Shown one piece after another: positions 29,024 through 38,197 of a stretch of DNA of 64,000 nt. Each line of letters begins with the position of its first letter. Position 1 is the stretch's first letter. A program made the translations under genes and the position numbers. Source of the DNA: an uncultured Desulfarculus sp. (lineage in GTDB: Bacteria; Desulfobacterota; Desulfarculia; Desulfarculales; Desulfarculaceae); contig CAXXUK010000001.1 in NCBI GenBank assembly GCA_963665125.2, positions 3,456,001 to 3,520,000 on the forward strand. The letters run 5' to 3'. The notes beneath the pieces are model-generated. The model was not told the DNA's origin. It made no database searches and saw nothing but the letters and a program-made list of their open reading frames with translations.

Positions 29024-29677
29024 ATGACCAAGACCTTTGAAAAACTGCCCTACGAGCGCCGCCAGGCCATTTTGGACGCGGCTGCTGCTGTTTTCGCCCA
29101 AAAGGGTTATTTCCAGGCCGGGATCGCCGAAATCTGCCAGGCCGCAGGCATCAGCAACGGCGCGCTGTACAAATACTTTGGCAGCAAGAGCGGCCTGTTC
29201 TCAACCCTGCTGGGCCAAACCTTGGAGCTTCTGCGCCAGCGCAGCCAGGAAATGAGCCAAGGGCAAATACCCTTTTGGCAACGCATGGAACGAATCATGG
29301 CCCAGGTCGAGCCTTTTATCGCCGAATACCGCGATTATTTCATGATCTACATGGACCTGGGCTCGCCGCACATGGCCGAATTCGCCGCCGAGATCTCGGA
29401 CCGTTTCGAAGGCCAGTCGGTGCAGTTTTTCCGGGACCTGGTGGAACAGGCCAAGTCCGAAGGCCAACTCAGGCCCGGCCTGCAGACCGGCCCCGCCGTG
29501 TACACCCTGGACAACCATCTGATGTTTTTGGCCTATTCCGCCGTATCCGAACACTACGACCGGCGTTTCAGCCAATATCTGGCCGGGGGGCGGCAAGGCC
29601 TTAGCATGGCCGAAAAGGCCGGCCTGGTGGTGGAATCGTTGAAGAAGCTGCTGGGCCCGGAGCCCGGACAAGCATAG
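29024..29677 (+). CDS. TetR/AcrR family regulator
   Basis: 'AILDAAAAVFAQKGY...IAEICQAAGISNGALYKYFGSK' HTH. Confidence 0.93.
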   Translation: MTKTFEKLPYERRQAILDAAAAVFAQKGYFQAGIAEICQAAGISNGALYKYFGSKSGLFSTLLGQTLELLRQRSQEMSQGQIPFWQRMERIMAQVEPFIAEYRDYFMIYMDLGSPHMAEFAAEISDRFEGQSVQFFRDLVEQAKSEGQLRPGLQTGPAVYTLDNHLMFLAYSAVSEHYDRRFSQYLAGGRQGLSMAEKAGLVVESLKKLLGPEPGQA

Positions 29678-29726
29678 AGGCATTGCGCGGCGGGCCGCCA
29701 TTGGGCGCTCCGGTGCGGTGTCGCCA

Positions 29727-29756
29727 AAATCAAGAGTGACCGCTCGCTCTTGATTT
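29727..29756. promoter_or_regulatory. TetR-type operator 2
   Basis: aaatcaagag-tgaccgctcg-ctcttgattt; shares core AGAGTRAYCGCTCRCTCT with operator 1. Confidence 0.75.
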
Positions 29757-29772
29757 CAATCGGAGAAGGAAC

Positions 29773-30600
29773 ATGGTCCGGACGGATCAAAACAAACCAG
29801 TGGCCGTTATCACCGGAGGCGCCGGGGGCATCGGCCTGGCCACGGCCCGGCTCCTGGCGGAAAAAGGCTTCCGCCTGGTGCTGGTGGATATCCACCAGGC
29901 GGGTCTGGAGCGGGCCGCCGCCGAGCTGGGGCCGGAGCATCTGACCAGCGGGGCCGATATCACCAACGAGGCCCAGGTTTCGGTGTTGACCGATTGGGTC
30001 ATGTCAAAAACAGGCCGGGTTGACCTGCTGGTCAACAATGCCGGAACCGTCTTGACCACCCCCTGGGCCGATACGCCTCTGGACAACCTCAAGGCGGAAC
30101 TGAAGCTCAACTACTGGGCGGCGGCCATGTGCACCCACTACTTTGCCCGGCCCATGATCCAGGTGGGCCGGGGCTCAATCGTATCGGTGGCTTCTCTGGC
30201 AGCCCTGTTGCCCTTGCCCGAAAGCAGCGGTTACACCGCCTCCAAGGCCGCCCTGCGGGGCCTGATGTTGTCGCTGCATCTTGCCCTGAAGCCCCTTGGC
30301 GTGCATGTCGGCGTGGTCTGCCCCACGGCGGTGGACACTCCCATGCTTCTCCGCGAGGCCAAAGAAGGCGGCTCGGTGCTCAACTTCCTGCAAAAACCAT
30401 TAACATCCGAAGCAGTGGCCAGGGCCATCTGGCGCAACACCTCCAAACGCCGCATGGAAAACTGTGTGCCGAGGGACGAAGGCGTCTGGTCCAAGTTGGG
30501 CGGGATGTGTCCCTGGCTGCTGCCAAGGATTCTGCCGCGCCTGGAGCGCATGGCCACCAGGGGGCGGGATAAATATTTAGCCCAAAAGACAAATACATAA
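29773..30600 (+). CDS. Short-chain dehydrogenase/reductase
   Basis: 'TGGAGGIG', 'NNAG', catalytic S and 'YTASK'. Confidence 0.92.
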   Translation: MVRTDQNKPVAVITGGAGGIGLATARLLAEKGFRLVLVDIHQAGLERAAAELGPEHLTSGADITNEAQVSVLTDWVMSKTGRVDLLVNNAGTVLTTPWADTPLDNLKAELKLNYWAAAMCTHYFARPMIQVGRGSIVSVASLAALLPLPESSGYTASKAALRGLMLSLHLALKPLGVHVGVVCPTAVDTPMLLREAKEGGSVLNFLQKPLTSEAVARAIWRNTSKRRMENCVPRDEGVWSKLGGMCPWLLPRILPRLERMATRGRDKYLAQKTNT

Positions 30601-30624
30601 AACAAGGGATGGGGAGGGTCGGCA

Positions 30625-32145
30625 ATGTCAAATGTCACAAAAATCGACGACTGCCTTAGCACCAGCCGGGGGCGGTTGTTCATCGAGCAGTGCGACACGG
30701 TGGAGCTGATCGAAAAGTTCGGCTCGCCGCTGTTCGCCTATTCCGAGGACCAGCTCAGGCGCAACATCCGCCGCTTTCAACAGGCCTTCGGCCAGGGGTG
30801 GCCGGGCGGCAACGTCAAAGTCATGCCCGCCGCCAAGGCCAACTGGATCGAGGCCGTGCAGCGGGTCATCGTGGACGAAGGCTGCGGGGCCGACATCTAT
30901 TCGCCGGGCGAACTGGACGTCTGCCTGCGAGCCGGGTTTGACCCGCAATACATCTCCGTAAACGGCGTGCCCAAGCGCCGGGACCACATCCTGCGCTGCG
31001 TCAAGGAGGGCGTGCGCGTCACCATAGACAGCATTGAAGAAGTCGACATGATCCAGGCCGCCGTGGCCGAGCTTAACATGACGGCCCATGTGCGCCTGCG
31101 GCTCAAACCGGCCCTGAGCGGATTTATCAAGCACTCGGATTTCTCGGCCGAGGGGCTCATCCCCACCGACCTGGCGGCCATAGCCTACAAGGGCGGCCTT
31201 AGCTTCGAGATGATCAGGGAGGTCGCTCCCCGGATAATGGCCATGGACAACGTGGAGCTGATGGGCTTTCATGAGCACCACGGCAGACACCACCGCTCCA
31301 CCCAATATTGGCAAGAACAGATGCGGGCCTATGCCGCCGAGATCGCCAAGGTCTGCGACCTTTTGGGCGGCTACCGGCCCAAGGAGATCGACATCGGCGG
31401 CGGATTCGCCGTCTACCGCGACCCCTTCGCCGCAGCCGTGCACTATGATACGCCTCTGCAATTTCTGGCCCTGCACGGCATATCCAAGCTGTTCAAGCTC
31501 TTTGGCGACGACATGCGCTACCGCATCCTGGACAAGCTCCTGGGTGCCACGGTGATGAAGCCCAACCAGAAAAAGGCCCCCACCATCGAACAATACGGCC
31601 AGGCCTGCACCGGCACCCTCACCGCCGAGCTGCGGCGCCACGGCATCGACCCCGAGGGCGTCATGCTTCAACTGGAGCCGGGCCGCTGCCTGCATGGCGA
31701 CTGCGGCGTGCACCTGACCACGGTCCAGGCCATCAAGCGCATCACCAGCCCCATCCGCTACAACCAGGTCGTCACCGACAGCACGGAGTTCTGGTTTACC
31801 GGCGGCATCTACGAACACCATTTGTGGGACTATGTCTTCGCCAACAAGACCGACGCGCCCAAGATCGAAAAGGCCGACATCAACGGCCGAAGCTGCTACG
31901 GCGACCGGATCATTCCCCTGGTGATGATCCCCAGGGCCGAGGTGGGCGACATCCTGGCCATGCTCGACACCGGCTCGTACCAGGAAGTGTCCATGAGCAA
32001 TTTCAACGCCATGCCACGCCCGGCCACGGTGATGGTCAGCGGCGGCCAGGCTGAAATCATCCGCCGGGCCGAAGACCTGGAAGACGTGTTCCGGCGGGAT
32101 GTCGTGCCCCAAAGGCTCCGGGTGCAGACCGCCGGAGCGGCTTAG
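30625..32145 (+). CDS. PLP-dependent fold-III (LysA/diaminopimelate decarboxylase-like) enzyme, divergent
   Basis: 'FGSPLFAY', 'AKAN' Lys, 'DIGGGF', 'EPGR', 'GRSC', 'DTGSY', 'SNFNAMPRP'. Confidence 0.85.
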   Translation: MSNVTKIDDCLSTSRGRLFIEQCDTVELIEKFGSPLFAYSEDQLRRNIRRFQQAFGQGWPGGNVKVMPAAKANWIEAVQRVIVDEGCGADIYSPGELDVCLRAGFDPQYISVNGVPKRRDHILRCVKEGVRVTIDSIEEVDMIQAAVAELNMTAHVRLRLKPALSGFIKHSDFSAEGLIPTDLAAIAYKGGLSFEMIREVAPRIMAMDNVELMGFHEHHGRHHRSTQYWQEQMRAYAAEIAKVCDLLGGYRPKEIDIGGGFAVYRDPFAAAVHYDTPLQFLALHGISKLFKLFGDDMRYRILDKLLGATVMKPNQKKAPTIEQYGQACTGTLTAELRRHGIDPEGVMLQLEPGRCLHGDCGVHLTTVQAIKRITSPIRYNQVVTDSTEFWFTGGIYEHHLWDYVFANKTDAPKIEKADINGRSCYGDRIIPLVMIPRAEVGDILAMLDTGSYQEVSMSNFNAMPRPATVMVSGGQAEIIRRAEDLEDVFRRDVVPQRLRVQTAGAA

Positions 32146-32156
32146 GAGGAAATCCC

Positions 32157-32591
32157 ATGACCACGCAAAACAAACTCAAGTTGGTGGCCGCGCTGCATAT
32201 CTTCACCGCAGCGCAGACGATCATTTTCTGGGTCGGGTTTTATACGGAAATGATCTTTCCTAAGGAATTGCTGGCCCCCATGATCAAGAATTTCGAGGGC
32301 TATTATGCCTGGGAGACTGCTTTCACCGTGCCGGACATGATCATGGCCGCGGCTATGATCATCGGCGGCTTGAAGCTGTGGCGCGACACCTCCAACGCCT
32401 GGGCCGCGACAGTGCTCATGGCGGTCTCGGGCGCGGCCATATTCCTGGGGCTTTTGGATTTCATGTACGACGCCTTCAACGGCATGTATTCGCTGGGCCA
32501 TCTTTTCTCGATGAATCTGTTGCTTATCGGCGTGTACATGCCCTTATTCGGCGTGTTCTCAATCGTCATATTGCACCGCAACCGTCGGTAA
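32157..32591 (+). CDS. 4-TM membrane protein
   Basis: AGGAGG RBS; hydrophobic helices; 'WETAFTVPD'. Confidence 0.75.
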   Translation: MTTQNKLKLVAALHIFTAAQTIIFWVGFYTEMIFPKELLAPMIKNFEGYYAWETAFTVPDMIMAAAMIIGGLKLWRDTSNAWAATVLMAVSGAAIFLGLLDFMYDAFNGMYSLGHLFSMNLLLIGVYMPLFGVFSIVILHRNRR

Positions 32592-32611
32592 CACCACGCC
32601 GCCCCGGACGG

Positions 32612-33427
32612 TTAGCGCCGCTCCGGGGCGGTCAGCCAGGGATTATCGGGCGCCTGGCGGCCTTTTGCCCCGGCCACCCGGCGGTAGAGCTCCATGTCGC
32701 CCCGGTTCAGGTCCACCAGTTCGGCGATCAACTCACCGTCTTCGGCCAGTTGGGCCAGGCGCTGGTCATAGCCGCTTAGGCGGCCGGTGTTGCGGCGCAC
32801 GGCGGGATAGCCGCCCCAGCCCATCAGCAGGGCCAAATCGGCCAGGTCTTCGTCGTAGTATTCCTGCATGCCGATAAAGTCCAAATCAACCAAATCCGCG
32901 CCCTGGAACAGGTTGCCCAGCATGAAGTCGCGCATGGCCGGCAAACGGGCGAATTGGATCAGGCTGAGGTTTTGGTCCAGGAGCTGGTCATGCACCGGAT
33001 TGCCGTGGCGGTCGGTGGTCAGCCAGAAATAATAGTGGCTGGCCAGGCGGGCCAGGGGATGCCGCAGCCAGGTGATGCGCTTTACGCCCGGCGGCAGCAG
33101 GCCGTATTTGCCCAGGGGGAAGTGGCCGTGGATCACCCGCACCCGGCCGTCCAGGCCGTGGAGCCTATCCAGGGCGATGCGCCGGGCCAAATCCGGGTCT
33201 TTTCGAAACAACAGTTCCGGGTCCTCCACATACTGGCCATAGTCGGACCATACGGCATTTTCACCATAGACGGCTTGGAGCACGCCACGGAAGCTGGTGC
33301 CCGCGGCCTTGGGCACATGCAGGCTCAGCAGCTCAACGGGCGGCGGGCTTTGGCCCAACATCCGCCGCAGTAAGGGCTTCACACCCGTGCGTACGGAATA
33401 TGAATTGATGGAGTCCCTGAACCTCAT
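32612..33427 (-). CDS. Sulfotransferase family protein
   Basis: PAPS loop 'HVPKAAGTS', 'HGHF', 'LRHPLARLASHY', 'NRGDMELY'. Confidence 0.8.
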   Translation of the reverse strand: MRFRDSINSYSVRTGVKPLLRRMLGQSPPPVELLSLHVPKAAGTSFRGVLQAVYGENAVWSDYGQYVEDPELLFRKDPDLARRIALDRLHGLDGRVRVIHGHFPLGKYGLLPPGVKRITWLRHPLARLASHYYFWLTTDRHGNPVHDQLLDQNLSLIQFARLPAMRDFMLGNLFQGADLVDLDFIGMQEYYDEDLADLALLMGWGGYPAVRRNTGRLSGYDQRLAQLAEDGELIAELVDLNRGDMELYRRVAGAKGRQAPDNPWLTAPERR

Positions 33428-33606
33428 GGCGCGCCTTTTGCGGGAGATGGTCAAGTCATCTGGGTATTCGCGGCAAAGGCGCAACCGGTTGCATCAACGG
33501 GACAAAAAAGGATCGCCAAAGAAAATAATCAGACCTTTTAGCAGTTGTTGATCAAGGGCCGCCGATCCTGCTATTGATGGAATATCATCCACACTGGAGC
33601 GCTTGA

Positions 33607-34221
33607 ATGATTCGCCGTGGCCCAGACCACCCCTTGAGCATGCAGCGGCTCAACAATCTCATAGACGGAATACTGGCCATCGCCATGACCATCCTGGTGC
33701 TCAACATTGATACGCCCCAGTTTATCGGCCCGGTCTCATCCTCCGATCTTTGGGCGGCCTTGATAAAAAAAAGCCATGTTTTTTTCAACTATTTCCTGAG
33801 CTTTTATATTCTGGGCTCCATCTGGGTGTCCCAGGTGCACCAGGCCCGCCACGTGGCCCGCACCAAACACCGTTATATCTGGCTGAACCTGTTCGCCCTG
33901 ATGTTCGTCTGCCTGGTGCCCTTCACCACCGACCTGGCAGGAGATTTTCCAGACGTGGCCACTGCCAAGTTCATTTTTCACGGCAATCTGTTTTTGGTGG
34001 GGTTCTTCTATTTCATCGAAGGCGTTTTTGTGCGCAGGGACGCTTTGATGCTGCATAAAAACGTGACTCCGGAAGAACTGCGCCGAAATGAAAAGCTGAG
34101 CATAATGCTCCCCTTGGCTGCCCTGATCGGAATTGTGGCCACTTTTTTTTCGCCGGAGTGGAGCTCAATGGCCTACGCGACCATCCCCATAATGCATGCC
34201 CTCTTGTTGCGTGCAAAATGA
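33607..34221 (+). CDS. TMEM175 (DUF1211) family channel
   Basis: 'RLNNLIDGILAIAMTILVL', 'YFLSF', 'WLNL..L..V.LVPFTT'. Confidence 0.85.
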   Translation: MIRRGPDHPLSMQRLNNLIDGILAIAMTILVLNIDTPQFIGPVSSSDLWAALIKKSHVFFNYFLSFYILGSIWVSQVHQARHVARTKHRYIWLNLFALMFVCLVPFTTDLAGDFPDVATAKFIFHGNLFLVGFFYFIEGVFVRRDALMLHKNVTPEELRRNEKLSIMLPLAALIGIVATFFSPEWSSMAYATIPIMHALLLRAK

Positions 34222-34435
34222 TTGCGCGACAAGACTGCTGATCGTCAATCCGGCATCATCCGCCCGGCGCGCGGCATGCCCGGTCCTGGTTTGCGATTAT
34301 CTCGGGAATAATTTGAAAAACACTGCTCTGCAGGGTAATTAGGGCATAAAAAAGGGGCGTTCCCCCGCCCAGCGCACAATCTTCTCATGATACCGCTCGC
34401 CGCCCGGGGCGGGAGCGGTATCAAAGCTGTGCAAA

Positions 34436-34726
34436 TCAGCCGGCCACGACAGGGGCGCCCAATTCGGCAAACGAAAAGTTGTAGAATACGTTGTGGCCGT
34501 TGTAGTCCAGTACGCGCAGATCCTCTTCCTGCATGACGTCATTCATGATGGAATCATACTTTGCACCGTACTTCCTACGAACCTCGTCGATGTCAAGTTC
34601 ATAGGCAATATACTTCATGATGCCCTTGGCCTGAAGCTTTTGCACGAACTTTGGATCGTTGAAGGAATCGTAGGATGTCAGGATCAGTATGGGACCCGTT
34701 CCAGTAAAGATAATGCCCGCCTTCAT
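34436..34726 (-). CDS. Small cytoplasmic hypothetical protein
   Basis: AGGAGG RBS, ATG 34726, 96 aa 'MKAGIIFTGTGPILILTSY...LRVLDYNGH'. Confidence 0.75.
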   Translation of the reverse strand: MKAGIIFTGTGPILILTSYDSFNDPKFVQKLQAKGIMKYIAYELDIDEVRRKYGAKYDSIMNDVMQEEDLRVLDYNGHNVFYNFSFAELGAPVVAG

Positions 34727-35042
34727 GACACACCTCCTTTTTCCCGTTGAGGTTTGTCCATCCCTCAATTCCAGATTGAGCCATTGCGCACCCGGTGTCA
34801 ACGGTGTTTACTCGCTGTCATAAGTCCTTGAGCATTCGGGTTCTTATGTGCTTCAATTTTAGTTAATAAAATAAATTGCCATATATGGTCTTGCCTTGGC
34901 ATTATGAACCGCAACTAAACAAAATGTTCGTCAATACCGGACGATTAGTTGCCAAGAGTCTGCATGAAACGTCAATTTAGTTTGTTATTATGGTAACATA
35001 CGTATTTTTTAATTATTAATTTACACCGTTTCGGGGAAACAG

Positions 35043-35501
35043 ATGGAAATAGACAAAAAAGAAATCGCCCTTGAAGCGATTCACCGTTTCGGCAGAGTAG
35101 CCAACAAGGTCAGAGCCCTGGAGCGGTCCAGCAGGGGCTTTGACTTGAATGATGATCTGCAAGTGCGCGAAATCTATACAATAGACAACATCGGCCTGAA
35201 TCCGGGAATAACGGTGACGGAACTAGCGGCATCCATGGGCGTGACCAAGGGCGCGGCTTCGCAGGTTGTCGGGTCCCTGGAAAAACGCGGTTATGTTGAC
35301 AAACAGGCCGACCCGCATGACGGCAAGAAAATCCACCTGGTTCTTTCCAGCAAGGGCCTAAATGTGCAGGAACGCCACCGGCTATTCTACGAGGAATCAT
35401 TTGAGCGCTATTTGCATATGGTTTCGCCGGGGCAGATACTGTTGTTCAGCGAACTGCTTATGATGATTGAACAATATCTGGATACGACCCTTTCGGAGTA
35501 G
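35043..35501 (+). CDS. MarR family regulator
   Basis: 'ITVTELAASMGVTKGAASQVVGSLEKRGYV...DGKKI.L.LS.KG'. Confidence 0.9.
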   Translation: MEIDKKEIALEAIHRFGRVANKVRALERSSRGFDLNDDLQVREIYTIDNIGLNPGITVTELAASMGVTKGAASQVVGSLEKRGYVDKQADPHDGKKIHLVLSSKGLNVQERHRLFYEESFERYLHMVSPGQILLFSELLMMIEQYLDTTLSE

Positions 35502-35504
35502 CAA

Positions 35505-36155
35505 TCAGACCACCCTGCCGCGCTCCATGGTGATCACGGTGCGGGCCAGGCGCGATGTCTGGTCCGCCGAATGCAGGACCATAACGATGCTGGTGCCGCC
35601 CAGGGCCAGTTGACCCACCAAATCCTCGCACAGCTCGGCGCCCTTTTCATCCAGGGCGGCAAACGGCTCGTCCAACAGCAGCACCTCGGGTTTCGCGGCA
35701 ATGGCCCTGGCCAGGGCGGTGCGCTGGCGCTCGCCGCCGGAAAGCCTCTGGGCCCGCAAACCGGCCGAACCGGCCAGCCCGACCATCTCCAGGGCCCGCA
35801 TGGCCTCGTTCCTGCGCCGGGCCCGGCCCATGCCGCGCCAGGCCAGGCCCATGGCCACGTTGCGCTCCACCGTACCGTGGAACATGTACGGGTCCTGGGC
35901 CACAAGGGTTACGCTCTTGCGCAGCGCGGTGCCGTTGCCGGGCTGCAACTCCCGGCCGCGAAAAAAGACCCCGCCGCGGTCCGGTTCCAGCAACATCGCC
36001 AATATATTCAGCAGAACGCTCTTGCCCGCGCCGTTGGGACCGCGAATGACGCTGATGCCGCCGGAGTCTATGTATAACTCGGGCAAATCAAGCACCACCC
36101 GCCCCTTAAAGCTTTTACTCACACCATGAAGTCTGAACAAGGGAGCATCGGCCAT
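35505..36155 (-). CDS. tupC: Tungstate/molybdate ABC ATPase
   Basis: Walker A GPNGAGKS, LSGGE, LLLDEP; adjacent to TupB-like permease. Confidence 0.8.
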   Translation of the reverse strand: MADAPLFRLHGVSKSFKGRVVLDLPELYIDSGGISVIRGPNGAGKSVLLNILAMLLEPDRGGVFFRGRELQPGNGTALRKSVTLVAQDPYMFHGTVERNVAMGLAWRGMGRARRRNEAMRALEMVGLAGSAGLRAQRLSGGERQRTALARAIAAKPEVLLLDEPFAALDEKGAELCEDLVGQLALGGTSIVMVLHSADQTSRLARTVITMERGRVV

Positions 36156-36157
36156 GT

Positions 36158-36850
36158 CTACTTCCAGTTCCAGCGGGGCCAGTTGGCCAACAGGTTGACG
36201 CCCAGGGCGGCGATGAGCAGGATAATGCCCAAGGCCATGCCCTGGGCAAAGTCGCCCTTGGAGGTCTCCAGGACGATGGAGGTGGTAAAGGTGCGGGTGT
36301 AATGGCGGATATTGCCGCCGACCATGACCGCAGCGCCTACTTCAGTGAGCACCCGGCCGAACCCGGCGGCCAGGGCGGCGATGATGGCCATGCGGGCCTC
36401 GCCCACCACGGCCCAGGCGGCCTGCCGCCTGGTCGCGCCCAGGGTCAGGGCGGCTGGTTCAACCCGGCGATCCAGGGTGCGCACAGCCGATATGGTCAGG
36501 GCCGTGATGATCGGAAAGGCCAGGATGGCCTGGGCGGCGACCATGGCCCCCGGAGTATAGAGCATGTCCAGAAAGCCCAGGGGCCCCTGGGCCGAGAGAA
36601 AACTGTAGACCAACAGCCCAACCACCACCGTAGGCAGGGCCAGCAGGGTGTTGAAGACAACTATCAGCGCCCGGCGGCCCCGGAAACGGCGCAGGCCGAT
36701 GTACATACCCAGGGGGGCGCCAAGCATGGCGGCGATGAGCGTGGCCGAAAGCGACACGCCAAGCGACAGCCCGGCTATGCCGTATATCTCCGGGTCCAGT
36801 CCGGCGATCAGCCCCAACCCCTTGACAAAGCCCTGCCAGATGAACTCCAA
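36158..36850 (-). CDS. tupB: Tungstate ABC permease
   Basis: 'LPTVVVGL', 'EVGAAVMVGGNI...TRTFTT.IVLET.KG'. Confidence 0.85.
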   Translation of the reverse strand: MEFIWQGFVKGLGLIAGLDPEIYGIAGLSLGVSLSATLIAAMLGAPLGMYIGLRRFRGRRALIVVFNTLLALPTVVVGLLVYSFLSAQGPLGFLDMLYTPGAMVAAQAILAFPIITALTISAVRTLDRRVEPAALTLGATRRQAAWAVVGEARMAIIAALAAGFGRVLTEVGAAVMVGGNIRHYTRTFTTSIVLETSKGDFAQGMALGIILLIAALGVNLLANWPRWNWK

Positions 36851-36886
36851 CCACGCACTCCGTTAGTTTCATTGGTTAATGCCGCC

Positions 36887-36904
36887 TATGTCAGTAATGA
36901 TATA
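36887..36904. promoter_or_regulatory. Palindromic candidate operator between tupB and moeA
   Basis: TATGTCA-gtaa-TGATATA (1 mismatch) in the divergent intergenic region. Confidence 0.5.
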
Positions 36905-36948
36905 CTATTGGCTCATAGGTTGACACAAGTTCACAGCGCGGAAGAAAC

Positions 36949-38184
36949 ATGAAGCCCTTTTTCAATGTGCAAAGCGTGGCCCGCGTGCAGGCCCTGGCCG
37001 GTGAGACAGCGGTTTTAAGCGCCGAACACACGGCCATCACCACGGCGGCCGGGCGCACCCTGGCCGGGGACCTCGCCGCGCCCCACGACCTGCCCGGTTT
37101 CAGCCGCTCGACCATGGACGGATTCGCCGTGCGGGCCAGGGACACATTCGGCTGCTCGGAGACCGCTCCGGCGTACCTTGAGCTGTGCGGCGAGGTGGTC
37201 ATGGGCCGGGAGCCGGACTTTAACGTCCAACCGGGCCGCTGCGCAAAGATATTCACCGGCGGCATGCTGCCCGCCGGGGCCGACGCCGTGCTGATGGTGG
37301 AGCACACCCGCATGGCCGGAGACACGACCGTGGAGGCGGCCAAGAGCGTGGCCCCCGGCGACAATATCCTGGGCCCCACCGACGACGCGGCCCGGGGCCA
37401 GATTCTGCTGCGGGCCGGGCACGAGCTGCGGGCCCAGGACATCGGCCTGATGGCCGCCCTGGGCCTTGAACAGGCCGCTGTGGTGCGGCGGCCCAAGGTG
37501 GCCATTGTCAGCACCGGCGACGAAGTGGTGCCCATCAGCGGCGCCCCCGCCCCCGGCCAGGTTCGCGACGTGAACACCTACACCCTGGACCAGCTTGTGC
37601 GCCAGGCCGGGGCGGAGCCTTTGGTCATGGGCCTTGCCCCGGACGACCGCGCGGCCCTGCAAGAGGTGGTGGGCCGGGCCCTGGATACCTGCGACGTGGT
37701 GCTCCTTTCGGGCGGCTCGTCGGTGGGCACCCGGGACCTCACCTCAGAGGTGTTTCAATCTTTTCCCCAAGCCGAACTACTGGTGCACGGCGTGGCCGTC
37801 AGCCCCGGCAAACCATTTATCTGGGTACGGGCCGGGCAAAAGCACCTGCTGGGTCTGCCGGGCCAGGTGGCCTCCTGCATGGTGGCCTTTTACGTCCTGG
37901 TGGAGCCCCTGATCGAGGCCATGCTTGGCAGAGCGCCCCTGGCCTTCCGCCGCTTCGGCCGCCTGAGCGCCCAGCTGGCCCGCAACATCCCCTCCACGCC
38001 GGGCCGCGAGGACTATATCCGGGCCAGGCTCACCAGCAACAACGGCACAGGCCTGATCGAGCCGGTATTCGGCAAGAGCGGACTGATCACCACCCTGATC
38101 CAGGGCCAGGGCCTGGTGCGCATCCCGGCCGACAGCGAGGGCCTGTACCAGGGCGAGACCGTGGAAATGCTCTTGTTCCCGTGA
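36949..38184 (+). CDS. moeA: Molybdopterin molybdo/tungsto-transferase
   Basis: 'RSTMDGFAV', 'FTGGMLP', 'STGDE', 'SGGSSVG', 'PGKP'. Confidence 0.93.
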   Translation: MKPFFNVQSVARVQALAGETAVLSAEHTAITTAAGRTLAGDLAAPHDLPGFSRSTMDGFAVRARDTFGCSETAPAYLELCGEVVMGREPDFNVQPGRCAKIFTGGMLPAGADAVLMVEHTRMAGDTTVEAAKSVAPGDNILGPTDDAARGQILLRAGHELRAQDIGLMAALGLEQAAVVRRPKVAIVSTGDEVVPISGAPAPGQVRDVNTYTLDQLVRQAGAEPLVMGLAPDDRAALQEVVGRALDTCDVVLLSGGSSVGTRDLTSEVFQSFPQAELLVHGVAVSPGKPFIWVRAGQKHLLGLPGQVASCMVAFYVLVEPLIEAMLGRAPLAFRRFGRLSAQLARNIPSTPGREDYIRARLTSNNGTGLIEPVFGKSGLITTLIQGQGLVRIPADSEGLYQGETVEMLLFP

Positions 38185-38197
38185 GGCTGATAACGTC

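Noticed and set aside
30628..32112. 494-aa minus-strand ORF
   Set aside because: Exact antisense of the decarboxylase gene
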